Assembly: GCA_030390025.1 (NCBI GenBank)
Contig: CM059432.1
Location: 72,604,001-72,668,000 of the forward strand
Length of the DNA stretch: 64,000 nucleotides
Direction: 5' to 3'
Source: Squalus acanthias
Taxonomy: Eukaryota
Position 1 is the first letter of the stretch, and each line of letters starts with the position of its first letter. A program made the translations under genes and the position numbers. Below are positions 13,791 through 26,584 of this stretch, piece after piece. The notes below the pieces were generated by a model that was not told the DNA's origin, searched no databases, and worked only from the letters and a program-made list of their open reading frames with translations.

Positions 13791-14099
13791 ATACCTATAC
13801 AGTTAGTACACCTCTGTCCTTGTGTGAAGGCATTCCAATATAGTACTGTTGCTGTATCTGGTGGTAATATTACCTTCATCCATGCAGCTTAGCTTTCACA
13901 GGTCAGATTCCTGCAGCAAAGGCTCCAAGACATCTTCTGTAAGTGGGGGAGATCACCCCCCATCTCCCTTGGCTTGATTTTATGCCCCCTCTTCACTGCT
14001 GGCGAGGCTCCTTATGCTTGTTTTTCTGGCACAGCGAGCCTATTTCAATAGAAAGGCGATAGCTTTGTAAAGTTTAGCCAGGCTAGCCCTCCTTGCTCC

Positions 14100-14732
14100 C
14101 TGTAGAGGTGCAGCAATGCAGTGGGCAGTAAAGGACATGAAACAGTTAACCTCAATGTACAGAGGGAATGAGTTACCTGAAATCCTGATTCATGATCGGT
14201 TTGGAGAACATTAACAATTGGACAATGCCACAAGTTCACTGCAATTATGTACAACGATAAGTTCCTGACAAGAATGGAAGAAGCATGAACACCCGAACAA
14301 TGCTATGAGCTAAGCGCCCATCACAATAAGGGGAATCACATTATCTTTCTGCTGTGTAAACAGCAGGGGAGGAGATAAGGAGTTGTCTCTGACCTTGCAG
14401 TTCTGCATAGCTCAGGAGATTGGAAGAACAAGATAACGAGATGTGAAGACCCAGCATTCCAGCCGGCTGTTAACTGAATCTACGCCTGAGGCCCAGGTGT
14501 GTGTCATAGCATGACTGGGACACTATAAGAAAGGACAACATCGAAGTGTGGGCACTGCAGTCAGGTGAAGAAGGACGGAGATCGGTCATCTCTGGATCCA
14601 GGCCTACAATCAACACCGGTAACGACCAGCCGCATGGGTAATTGTAAGTTTCAGTCAAATCATAAGGGGGTTTGTACTTGTTTGTAATAATTAAGTATCA
14701 GTTAAATCATAAAGGGGTAGCCCTTTCTTACA
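14100..14732 (+). repeat. Putative 5' LTR of the retrovirus-like element (boundaries uncertain)
   Basis: TGT start candidate at 14101, TATAAGAAA near 14524, ends TTACA directly before the gag remnant; no PBS or matching 3' LTR found. Confidence 0.3.
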
Positions 14733-17328
14733 GGTTGAGCAGACCAGACAGCTAGCAGGCGAGGCGTCGGATGCATTTGCGGATAGATTGTGGCCCGTAT
14801 AATTGAAAGCGACTGGGGGAAATCTAGTACACGCAGTTTTAATAGGGGCTCCCAGGAATCATTGGCTGAGGACCCTAGTGGCCAACAGTTTGCCGCGGAT
14901 CAGAGCAAGGGCCGAATTATGGTTTGACCCTGAGGACGATACAAATACGGAGGCGGGCGTGTTAAGGAAACGAACTTTGGCTTTCAAATCCAACAAAGGG
15001 GAGGAGAATAAACAAAAGGGGAAAGTGCACGAAATAAGAGGGAACGTCGGTAGTAAAAGGGAATGGAAGCAGGAGGGAGGTAATGCGGGCAGATCCCAGG
15101 CATGTTTCAACTGTGGGAAAACGGGACACTGGAGTAAAGAGTGCAGGTTCCCGAAAGGGGGGAAACCAGGATACGAGGGTCTCTCGGGGTCGAAACCATG
15201 GGTGACACACCCGAATGAATTCCCAACCCCCTACACGGTGGCATAGTGGTTAGCACTGGTGCCTCACAGCGCCAGAGACCCGGGTTCGAATCTGACCTCG
15301 GGTGACTGTCTGTGTGGAGTTTGCACATTCTCCCCGTGTCTGCGTGGGTTTCCTCCGGGTGCTCCGGTTTCCTCCCACAGTCCAAAAATGTGTGGGTTAG
15401 GTTGATTTGGCTATGATAAATTGACCCTTAGTGTTAGGGGGGATTAAATATGTGGGGTTATGGGGATAGGATGGGATATGTTAGGGGGAATTAAATACGT
15501 GGGGTTACGGGGGTAGGGTGGGATATGTGTACTGTGGGGATTAAAGCAGGGACAGGGTACTGGATTTGGATGATCAGCCATGATCGTATTGAATGGCGGA
15601 GCAGGCTCGACGGGCCGAATGGCCTACTCCTGCTCCTAGATTCTATGTTTCTATGTTTCTATGTTACACCATATGTTCAGACTCGATGTTCACCTGCAAT
15701 TCCTGCAATGAATATCTGGCGATATGGGCTAGGCGAGGATTCAAGTCCTCAGACGGGAGACCGTTGGTGACGGCCCCTTTGTTGGAAACTATCTTGGGTG
15801 TTACGGGCAATAACCAAGGGGATTATTACATTCAGAAGATGAAGGCGCATTCAAAAACAGAGCCCAAATGGGAAGGCAACTGGAAGGCCGATGAATTGGC
15901 AAAAAGGAGGGCCAGGGAAGGAGTACTTTGAGACCCACACCAATCTGGACAAATCACGGCCATAAAGAGTAGGGAGGGTCCACAGGAGATAAATCTGCCC
16001 CCAGATCTGACACAGGTTCAAATGCAAGATGCGGTTCTAAAAGCAGTAATTAGGAAAAGGGAAGAAGGGGAGCCAATTGAGGGACCCTTTGGAGCAGCAG
16101 ACGTAGTGGTTAAAGAGGAGATGCTGTTTAAGGGAGAAAGGTGGATCGTGCCTGTACAATATCAGGAGAAATTCATGCAACTAGTTCATGGGGGTCCGGG
16201 AGCTGGACACCCAGGACCAGAAACGACCTGGAAGAAAGTGGAGGAGGTGGGGTAGTGGCCCTATCTCAGGGGGGATGTAAAGGAGTATTGTGATAACTGC
16301 TTAGTGTGCGCCGTGAATAATCCAGACTCCCACCGAAGGAAGGTTCCATTGGGACACACTAGGAGGGTAGAGGGACCGTGGCGGTCCATACAAATAGACT
16401 TCATTGGGCCACTGCCCACCACAAAAACAGGCAATAAATATTGTCTGGTGTTGGTGGATATCTTCTCCAAGTGGGTGGAGGCCTTCCCTTGTAGAGCAGC
16501 TACAGCATTAACCACTGCTAGGATCCTGGTGAGGGAAGTGTTCTCCCGATGGGGGCTGCCCCAAATAGTGGAATCAGTTCAGGGAAGTCATTTCACTGGA
16601 CGAGTTGTGCAGACCACCCTGAAACTTCTAGGAGTACAGGGAAAATGGCATGTGGCCCATAACCCCCAATCATCGGGTATAGTAGAGAGAATGAACCGTA
16701 CCATAAAAGAGAGACTTAGGAAGGAGATAGGAGAGGACCCAAGGAGATGGGATGAGTTCCTGCCCCTAGTCCTAATGAACATCAGGGCCAGCCTCTCCAA
16801 AAGTACAGGATACTCCCCACATGAAGGGCAATGAGGACTCTGACTCATGTGTTGGTACCGAACCGGACCAAAACCCAGACTAAGGAGGTCACCCGGGACA
16901 GATTTGTGAGAGATCTACATGATACTCTAAGGAAAATGCATTGGGAAGCAGCTAATAACATGGGAAGACAGCACCAAAAGAATAAAATGCTGCTGGAACC
17001 ACGGAAAGCTCAGGAGAGGAAAGTAGGGGACCGGGTCATGGTCAGAAATTACGCAAGAGTAGGGGCATTCGAACCATTGTATAAGGGACCATATAGTATA
17101 GTGGATAAGGCAAGCTCTATGGTATATGTGGTACAACTGCCAAAACGGATAAAATGGTTCCACATTAACCAGTGTAAACTCTATGATCCCGAAGAGAGGA
17201 GAACAAAACAGACCAAGACCCAGGGAACAATCATGAGTTTAATCAGCATAAGCCTTCCTCCCATGTTGTGGGATGATGATGATGACCCAGAGGGCAGGGC
17301 GGTAAGAAGGAGTAGTTGGACACCTTGA
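14733..17328 (+). pseudogene. ERV-like gag-pol remnant: Gag C-terminus/NC, RNase H and integrase (protease and RT deleted)
   Basis: MHR-like QLAGEASDAFADRL; CFNCGKTGHWSKEC knuckle; RNase H YTICSDS...KMKAH...GNWKADELAK; integrase HGGPGAGH...CLVC, IQIDFIGPLP, GIVERMNRTIK, YKGPY. Confidence 0.9.
15234..15664 (+). mobile_element. HE1-like tRNA-derived V-SINE
   Basis: A box TGGCATAGTGG, B box GGTTCGAATC, V-domain TGTGTGGAGTTTGCACATTCTCCCCGTGTCTGCGTGGGTTT, CR1-type tail with TTCTATG repeats; TACAC on both sides. Confidence 0.92.
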
Positions 17329-17543
17329 TCCAGGGTGCCCTGGACGCCTCCTCATACACCAACCCCGAGCCGCAAGAGGCCCAAACCTCGGGGAAAGGGA
17401 AAGGGAAAGGGAACGCGGTAATTATAGCGTACAGTGTAAATATGTATATAACTTAAGCCTGACCTGTGGAGGGAAGACCTCTCACAGAGTGGTGCTATCT
17501 CCTATTTTTCTTTTGTAGAAGTGAATCGAACCAATGACGCAGG

Positions 17544-18985
17544 ATGAAGTGCACACTGTGGCTGGGCGTGTTGGTGATCCTGATTGGAGCAGGACAGGGA
17601 GATCGAGGGGACATCGAGATGTCCTTTATTTACGGGTGTGCTGGAGGAGCCGGGCCCACCATAACACAAGGGGGTACAACATGGGGTGATGACGGGGTAG
17701 TTACATACTTCCATAAGGGAAATTGGCCAGGTTGGTTAGGGTCAAATTCCACCAAGTATTCCAATCACACCGGTTACAAATTAAATATCATGGCAGTAAG
17801 GTACGGGTGAAAGAGGGCAGACGAGCTTGCCTAGAATGTTGAGGGAGCACCTCCGTGGGCTGGTGGTGGTGGTTATGAAAGACAGACGAGAATAAAAGTG
17901 ACGCATCCACGGATTGGGAAAAATTGGGGAACGACTCGCACAGGCGAATTATGGGAACTAAGGAAGGAGTGAAATTGTGTTGGGACAAGGCCATGTACCA
18001 TCATGGATTAACAACAGGCTATAAGTACATATGACAATCTTATAAATCCGTGTCAGCTACGGTCAGCCTCCAAGGAATATCCAGTTCCAATCAACTGTGG
18101 TCAGTATAACCAAACTATAATGGGGATAGTTCTCAGGATGCCAGTGATGGGTCAGTCGCAACGGCCAGTACCACTGTACCGGGTGTAAAATATTGGTGTC
18201 CTTCGAGATGGTGTATATGTGAGGCATCATGGGGCCCCTCCGTATGTGGTTAAGTGGAGGAACTCCATGACCGGCACGAATCTAGAGGGATGCCAGGGAA
18301 GAGGTGCGCATGTGGTGTTGTGCCCATACCATCTGAATCTTTTCGACCGACCGGTATGTGGGTTTAAATCTGGAGGCGGACCGCCTATCAACTGTACTAT
18401 GGAGGTGATGGCTCAGAGCCATGTTCCGCCCCAGGTTGCATATGAGGGTAACGGAACCTACGGTGTCACCACTAGTGCAAGCCGGTATAGGGTACACAAT
18501 GATACCTGGTGCCCAGTGCGTGACTCTATCTTTTGCTTCAGACCCCAGATAGAGGTTCAAGTAGCACAGGATCACACCCCAGTAAATCTCACAGTGAGTG
18601 GTACTTTACCGAACCTCCAGGAATACATATCCCATTTTGGATATGATATCCCGCCATTACCCAAACATTTGACTAAACTGGTAAAGGACGTAGAGCTTTC
18701 CCAAAAAACATAATTATACACTACAACAGAGAAATAGGAAAGCGAGGGATAAGATCGAAGAAATAGCTACCCCACCTTGGTGGAATATTGGGCTCAATAT
18801 TGCGGTTCCTCCTTGATTCGAGTCGCGTCACATGTGTTAGTGATTGTGCAATTGATTATTGTGCTGTATTTGTTGATATTGTCATGTAAGCTGAAAAGAA
18901 AGATAAAAGGGAGAAATTTGGAAAATTATTAAAAAGGGAATTCGAGATGATGAACCAAATGTATGATCTGATTAAAGAAATGTAA
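17544..18985 (+). pseudogene. Envelope (class I fusion-like) glycoprotein of the ERV-like element, disrupted
   Basis: Upstream acceptor TTTTTCTTTTGTAG (about 17505-17518); signal peptide MKCTLWLGVLVILIGAGQG; N-glycosylation sequons; Cys-rich block; TM HVLVIVQLIIVLYLLILSC plus basic tail ending at TAA 18983-18985. Confidence 0.8.
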
Positions 18986-19041
18986 GATTTGGCTAAGACC
19001 GGAAATGCATTCATAGCGGGAGGAGGATCATCAGAAGTAAT

Positions 19042-19711
19042 GGGCCGTATAGTACACACCCGTAGGGACATCGGAAATGCTGGTATCAGGCATGCCAAGC
19101 ACATGCGCTGAAAACCGGCATTTCCGATCTGTCAAGAATGCTCTTGACAGATTCGGACGCCTGCCCTAGAGAAGGGCCTCTGTGGGTGGACAGTTCGGTT
19201 TTCTGCAGAACCTCCACCCGCAGAAAACCCTTAGAAATCTTACGCCTGGTAAAAGCAGGCGTAAGGCCTGCTTTTACCAGCATAAGATTTGAAAAAAAGT
19301 AAAAAAAAAATGTTTTCACTCATTTATCATTTAAAAATACTTTAAAAAAGGTAAGTTTATTTTTAGCCCCGTAAAAAACTTTAATTATTTTTTCAAAAAA
19401 TTTAATTTTTGTTTAAAATATTTAATTTATTGTAATTTCAACTAAATTTAAATATGTGATTTTTTTTTAATTTTATTTAATGTTTTAATGTGTTTTTGGT
19501 GTGATCTCCATTCATATATTTGACAGGACTATCTGTCAAGTGTATGAAGGGAGATTTCCTTCTTTGATTGGCTCCCCATGGCCCACGTGATCCCAGGGAC
19601 GCTTGCGAACCGCATGCGCCTCTGGGATATGTGGGCTCTGCGCATTTCGAGTTTGGAGAAGCCCAGGTGCAGAAATATACGCAAGAAGCCTCCGATCGGA
19701 AAATACGGGCC
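19042..19711. mobile_element. Non-autonomous DNA transposon (MITE, probably Harbinger-type)
   Basis: Imperfect TIRs GGGCCGTAT / rc GGCCCGTAT, CpG-rich ends, AT-rich core; TSD unclear. Confidence 0.55.
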
Positions 19712-19783
19712 AAATTGTAAGGAGGAAGGGAACGGAGCCCCTTACAGCAGGGATAGCCATGATTTTGACATCTCACAAATCAG

Positions 19784-20535
19784 GGGGGAAAAATTCGGTT
19801 GATTTGCGCCACCCATTAGCGCCCTAAGAGGGCGTTAATGGATCGCAAAGCAACTAGCACCTGGGCATGGCGTAGCTAATGCCTCCCGCGAAATTCAGCG
19901 GGAGGTTAGTGGCAGCGGTAACCGTTAGCGCCCTGCGGCGTTGCGCCTCCGCGATGACATCATCGCCGTGCGCAGCGTCCCGCTCATGCCCTGGCCGATA
20001 TCTTCAGTAGTGCCCCTGACTTACCGCCGGACGCTATGTCCGACAGGGTCAAGGGTGCCTACCTGCGGCCGGGGTGGCGCAATTAAAGGGGAGTTGCCAG
20101 GCGGCCATTTTTGTTGCTGGCCGCCTGCCAGCACCTGCCCCCGTTGCTGTCCCCCGCCTCCTGTGCAGCCCCCCCACGGGGTGCCGGCTACGCTCCGTGA
20201 ACCCGGTACTTCTCTTTTGCCGGCACTCTGATCCCTGGTGGCCCAGCTGGACCCCGGGTCGTGCTGTGCTAGGCCCCTCCCCTTTAATAAGGGGAGGAAG
20301 GCCTGCAGTACCGCGGCGCGACGTGCCACAGTGCATGGTGCTGCTGCACATAGTGCCACAATATTCACTCGCAGCACCCCAAGAGGGAAGTGGGCCACTT
20401 CCAGTAGCGCCCCACCTCCCTCTTGGGGCGCTACCAGTGAATTTCAGGCGCAGGAGCGCTAACTATTTTGGGCGCTAAAAGTAGCACCCCGGCGAAGTTA
20501 GCGCCTCAAAGGGGACGCGACCCAATTTTGCCCCC
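19784..20535. mobile_element. Harbinger-type GC-rich MITE
   Basis: TIRs GGGGGAAAAATT / AATTTTGCCCCC; 3-bp TSD CAG; homologous copy inverted at 52417-53177. Confidence 0.88.
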
Positions 20536-20577
20536 CAGGACTATAATGTTTATGAGGACAATAGAAGAAATAACAGA

Positions 20578-21022
20578 AAAAAAAGACTTGCATTTTTATA
20601 GCACCTTTCACGACCACAGCACATCCCAAAGCATTTTACAGCCAATGAAGTAATTTTGAAGTGTAGTCACTGTTGTAATGTAGGAAATGCGACAGCCAAT
20701 TAGCACACAGCAAGCTCCCACTTATAATCTGTTTTTGTTATGTTGATTGAGGGATAAATATTGGCCAGGACACCAGGGATAACTCTCCTGCTCTTCTTCA
20801 AAATAGTGCCATGGGATCATTTACGTTCACCTGAGAGAGCAGACAGGGCCTCGGTTTAACATCTCATCCGAAAGACGGCACCTCCAACAGTGCAGCCCTC
20901 CCTCAGCACTGCACTGGAGTGTCAGCTTAGATTTTTGTGCTCAAGTCTCTGGAGTGGGACTATGAACCCACAACTTTCTGACTCAGAGGCGAGAGTGCTG
21001 CCCACTGAGCCACTGACTGACA
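20578..21022 (-). mobile_element. DeuSINE (SacSINE1/AmnSINE-like), full length
   Basis: tRNA-like head at the right end; Deu-like domain CTTTCGGATGAGATGTTAAACCGAGGCCC...GATCCCATGGCACTATTTTGAAGAAGAG on the minus strand; L2-like tail. Confidence 0.8.
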
Positions 21023-21996
21023 CACAGAAGGTCAGTTATCCATCTATGACATCACAGCACAGCTACAGAAACATGGAAATGGAAGTATGATTAGTTCCCA
21101 CTGCATTTCTACTAAGTGTAGCCACATGTGTTCCTGCACACAGCACCAATTATAATATTTTGTACTGAAGTAATTGCAGTGTGTCAGCTATGCTGTTAGG
21201 AGCACAATATAGACTAAGTAAGAACAGATAATAAATAACACTGCAGAATCACTGCACATTTTAATGTTATAAATCATATTTACTTGAACATTTTTATTGC
21301 TTTGTACCAAGGTAAGAGTAATCAGTACCTTGTAATGATTTCAATAATAAATATTGTGCTGTTAGGTGGGTCAGAGGAAGTCTACATTGAGGAGCAATGT
21401 GCTGTTACATGAAGTGTTACAGACCAGTAGGAACCACAAAGGCAGGTACAGCTGTTCTTACCACTTTTGGTCTGCCTTATTTCTGTAATGGGCTGATCTG
21501 CTCTATAGGAAATGGGTTCTGTACATGTGCTCACATTACCTGCCATGCATTCAAAAGAATCACAAGATGTGGGTTAAGAGAGAGCTGAAAAGTGTACACA
21601 GTCAGGAAATAAAACATGAAAGTAAGTTAAATTTACAGAAAATTCCCATAAAGTTAAATGTAAATAAAATTGAATAATTAACAAAGAGGAATTAACTATT
21701 AAGTAGACAAAAAGAATGGGGAGGGAGAAAATTGAAGTAGATGTAGACATAAAATAAGGTAAACAGAACATCTAAAGTGAACAAGGCCATTCAGTACATC
21801 AAATCCAGAGCCCATTTATGATTATTCTATCATGCATTTCTCTCCTACCTACCTGTTGATCACCATCTTTAGAAGCAATGAATTCCTTTGCTTACCTCCC
21901 TGAAAAAAGGAATCAAGCAGTGCTTAAATGCTTCTCAACAGATATTGATTCAGTTGCTTTTAAAAGAGCCAGTTGACTCTGAATTACATAGGATTA

Positions 21997-22277
21997 CATA
22001 GCATTTACAGCACAGAAACAGGCCATTCGGCCCAACTGGTCTGTGCCGTTGTTTATGCTCCACACGAGCCTCCTCCCACCTTACTTCATTTCACCCTATC
22101 AACATATTCTTCTATTCCTTTCTCCCTCATGAGTTTATCTAGCTTCGCCTTAAATGCATCAATGTTAGTCGCCTCAGCCACTTCATGTCGTAGCAAATTT
22201 CACATTCGAACCGCTCTCTGGGTAAAGAAGTTGCTCTTGAATTCCTTATTGGATTTATCGGTTACTATCTTATATTT
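21997..22277 (-). mobile_element. CR1 3' end fragment
   Basis: FFTQR..RMWNLL and CR1 tail on the minus strand. Confidence 0.8.
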
Positions 22278-23300
22278 TAGGGAGAGTTTTCGCTCCCTTT
22301 TTGCTCATCCTTTTTGATTCTCTCAGTGTCCTCTTCTGTTTCTGGTTCTGGGTTTTCTTTTCTGATTCTTTCTCTGGTGCAATCTTCTCTCAGTAACAGT
22401 AATTAGCCTCTCATTTAGCTTGGAAATGTAGGAACATAGGAACAGGAGGTGTCCATTCAGCCCCTCGAGCATGTTGAATGACTTATATTATCTGGGAGTC
22501 TGTTCCATATGTCCACTATCCTCTCAGAAATAGTTATTTCTTCTCATTTCTAACCTTGTTGTAGGCTTGTAAATGTTTTGTTTATGTCCTGTAGTCATAT
22601 GCTCATTGTTCAAGATACATAGCTTGCTCTATTGAATCTCACCCTATGCTTTCATTATTTTCAAGAACTTTATCACATCTCCTTTCTCTTTTTCTCCATT
22701 GAAAATAAGTTGTCATTTGAGACTTTCTTCATGTTAGTTTCCTAAGAACTGAAGTCATCCCAACCTCTCTTTTCTGAACCCTTTCTTATATACATTTTTC
22801 CTTTTTGAGGTAGTGTGACCAAAACTGCTTGACGTACTCCAGAACTGGCCTCACCATTAACCTGTAGAAAATATCAGTATTGCATATTTTGTCTTGTAAT
22901 CTAATGCCCTCCAGATGCCCCATTCACCACATTACCTGATTTACCTTAATGTAACTACCACCCATTTTCAGAATATGATCAGTGATCTCTTCCAAATCCT
23001 TATCTTTTTCAACCATGTAAGATTTGGATCACAGGTCACACACAGATTACCCAGAGGGTCTTAGGAGTTGTAAGGCATTTTATTAAGGAGCAGCAGTTTA
23101 AGTTAAGGACAACACACAATCAAGATAGATATAGTAGACATACGACCGTGACAAGCAGCTGGTATCAGTCCCGATTGGACAGACGGCTGGCGTGCACGAA
23201 CAGCTCTTCCCTTCCCTTCACCGTCTGTGCTAAAAGCTCTTTAGATATCTCTTTTACTCTCTTTTTAGGGGTGGGCCTAGGGTAGATTATCAAAGATACA

Positions 23301-23792
23301 GTCATAGAATCATAGAAAGTTACAGCACGGAAGGAGGCCATTTCGGCCCATCGTGTCCGTGCCGGCCAACAAAGAGCTATCCAGCCTAATCCCACTTCCC
23401 AGCTCTTGGTCCGTAGCCCTGCAGGTTAGAGCATTCCAAGTGCACATCCAAGTACTTTTTAAATGTGGTTAGGGTTCCTGCCTCTACCATCCTTTCAGGC
23501 AGTGAGTTCCAGACCCCCACAACCCTCTGGGTGAAGAAATTTCCCTTCAAATCCCCTCTAAACCTTCCACCAATTACTTTAAATCTGTGCCCCCTAGTTT
23601 TTGACCCCTCTGCTAAGGGAAATAGGTCCTTTCTATCCACTTTATCTATGCCCCATATAATTTTATACACCTCAATAAGGTCTCCCCTCAGACTCCTCTG
23701 TTCCAAGGAAAACAGACCCAACCTATCCAGTCTTTCCTCATAGCTAAGATTCTCTACTCCCGGCAACATCCTTGTAAATCTCCTCTGTACTC
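23301..23792 (-). mobile_element. CR1 3' end
   Basis: ORF2 C-terminus [12 protein letters not shown]...FFTQRVV and TTCTATGA tail. Confidence 0.9.
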
Positions 23793-23796
23793 TGTG

Positions 23797-25915
23797 AGTC
23801 ATAGATAGAGTCATAGATTTATACAGCACAGAAAGAGAGACCCTTCAGCCCATCGTGTCTGCGCCGGCCATCAAGCCCCATCTATTCTAATCCCATTTTC
23901 CAGCACTTGGTCCGTAGCCTTCTATGCTATGGCGTTTCAAGTGCTCATCTAAATGCTTCTTGAATGTTGAGGGTTCCTGCCTCTACCACCCTTTCAGGCA
24001 GTGAGTTCCAGATTCCAACCATCCTCTGGGTGAAAAAGTTATCCTCAAATCCCCTCTAAACCTCCTGCCCCTTATCTTGAAACAATGCCCCCTGGTTATT
24101 GACCCCTCTACTAAGGGGAAAAGTTCCTTTCTATCTACCTTATCTATGCCCCTCAATTTTGTACACCTCAATCAGGTCCCCCCTCAGCCTTCTCTGCTCT
24201 AAGGAAAACAACCCCAGCCTGTCCAGTCTCTCTTCATAGCTGAAGCACTCCAGCCCAGGTAACATCCTGGTGAATCTCCTCTGCAGCCTCTCCAATGCAA
24301 TCACATCCTTCCTATAGTGTGTCGACCAGAACTGCACACAGTATTCCAGCTGTGGCCTAACTAGCGTTTTGTACAGCTCCATCATAACCTCCCTGCTCTT
24401 ATATTATTTGCCTTGGCTAATGAAGGCAAGTATCCCATGTGCCTTTTTAACCACCTTATCTACCTGTCCTGCTGCCTTCAGGGATCTATGTACATGCACA
24501 CCAAGGTCCCTCTGATCCTCTGTCCTTCCTAGGATCCTACCATTCATTGTGTATTCCCTTGCCTTGTTAGTCCTCCCAAAATGCATCACCTCACACTTTT
24601 CAGGGTTAAATTCCATTTGCCACTGTTCTGCCCATCTGACCAACCCGTCTATATTGTCCTGTAGCCTGAGACTTCCCTCCTCGCTATTTACCACTCCACC
24701 AATTTTTGTGTCATCTGCGAACTTACTGATCATATCTCCTACATTCATATCTAAATCATTAATGTACACTACAAACAGCAAAGGACCAAGCACCGATCCC
24801 TGCGGTACACCACTGGACACAGGCTTCCAGTCACAAAAACAACCTTTGACCATCATCCTCTGCCTCCTGCCACTAAGCCAATTTTGGATCCAATGTGCCA
24901 AATTGCCCTGGATCCCATGGGCTCTTACCTTCTTGACCAATCTCCCATGCGGGACTTTGTCAAAAGCCTTACTGAAGTCCATGTAGACTACATCGACTGC
25001 ACTACCCTCATCCACACACCTAATCACCCCCTCGAAAAATTCAATCAAATTGGTTAGACATGATCTCCCCCTGACAAAGCCATGCTGACTATCCTTGATT
25101 AATCCTTGCCTCTTCAAGTAGAGACTAATTCTGTCCCTCAGAATTTTTTCCAATAATTTCCCTACCACTGATGTTAGGCTCACTGGCCTGTAATTCACTG
25201 GTTTATCCCTACTACCCTTCTTGAATAATGGTACTACGCTAGCTGTCCTCCAGTCCTCTGGCACCTCCCCTGTGGCCAGAGAGGTTCTGAAAATTTGTGT
25301 CAGAGCCCCTGCAATCTCCTTCCTTGCCTCACACAGCAGCCTGGGATACATCTCGTCTGGGCCTGGGGATTTATCCACTTTTAAGCCCGCTAAAACCGCT
25401 AGTACCCCCTCCCCCTCGATACTAATTTGTTCAAGTATATCACAATCCCCCTGCCTGATTTCTATGCCTACATCGTCCTTCTCCATAGTGAACACAGATG
25501 CAAAATATTCATTTAAAACCTCACCTACAGCTTCCGGCTCAACACACAGATTGTCACTTTGGTCCCTAATGGGCCCTACTCTTTCCTTGGTTATCTTCTT
25601 GCCCTTAATATACTTATAAAACACCTTGGGATTTTCCTTTATTTTGCCCGCCAGTGTTTTTTCATGCCCCCTCTTCGCTGTCCTAATTTCTTTTTTTAAG
25701 TACCCCCCTGCACTTTCTATACTCCTCTAGGGCTTCCACTGTTTTTAGTCCTTTGTATCTTCCAAAAGCCTCCTTTTTTTTCCTAATCCATTCTTGTATA
25801 TCCCCTGACATCCAGGGTTCCCTGGGCTTGTTGGTCCCACCCTTGACCTTTACGGGAACATGTTGGCGTTGTACTCTCTCTATTTCCTTTCTGAAAGACT
25901 CCCACTGCTCTGATG
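23797..25915 (-). mobile_element. CR1 LINE, 5'-truncated
   Basis: ORF 24404-25624 with RT motifs; frameshifted C-terminus; own tail at about 23797-23880. Confidence 0.92.
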
Positions 25916-26317
25916 TAATCACATCTCTAGTGCAATCACATCTTTCCTGTAATGTAGTGACCAGAACTGCACGCAGTACTCTAGCTGAGGCCTAACTAGT
26001 GTTTTATACAGTTGAAGCATAACCCCCCTGCTGTTGTATTCTATGCCACGGCTAATAAAGGCAAGCATTCCGTATGCCTTCTTAACCACCTTATCTACCT
26101 GGCCTGCTACCTTCAGGGATCTGTGGACATGCACTCCAAGGTCCCTTTGTTCCTCTACACTACTCAGTGTCCTACCATTTAATGTGTATTCCCTTTCCTT
26201 GTTAGCCCTCCCCAAATACATTACCTCACACTTCTCCGGATTGAATTCCATTAGCCACTGTTCTGCCCACCTGACCAATTTATTGATATCTTCCTGCAGT
26301 CTACAGCTTCCTTCTTC
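25916..26317 (-). mobile_element. CR1 RT fragment
   Basis: WAEQWLMEFNPEKC...[11 protein letters not shown]. Confidence 0.85.
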
Positions 26318-26584
26318 GGTATTGTTAAAAATAAAAACAAAGGCTTACAAAACTAAAATTTCTGAGAAGAGTAAGCAGTGATCAACAACTGGATTTCTGT
26401 GTCATTTTCCACCAATGTTTTGGACTTGATCACACTTGTCAAAATTTTTTCATTCTATTCCTATTTGCTGTTATTTATTCATAAACAATTCAGAATATGT
26501 TACCCTTATTGAAGATTTTCTCATACAACTACAGCACAATGGACTACAAATCTAACACCAGACAGACAGACATGAACATTTTTG

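Noticed and set aside
15234..15305. tRNA gene (also 58331)
   Set aside because: A/B boxes run straight into the V-domain and CR1 tail; it is a SINE head
18986..19783. 3' LTR / PPT of the ERV-like element
   Set aside because: Purine run GGGAGGAGGA is present but nothing matches 14100-14732; a MITE occupies the region
19941..20478. Overlapping GC-rich ORFs (also 52451-53108)
   Set aside because: Stop-poor MITE sequence with no recognisable domain
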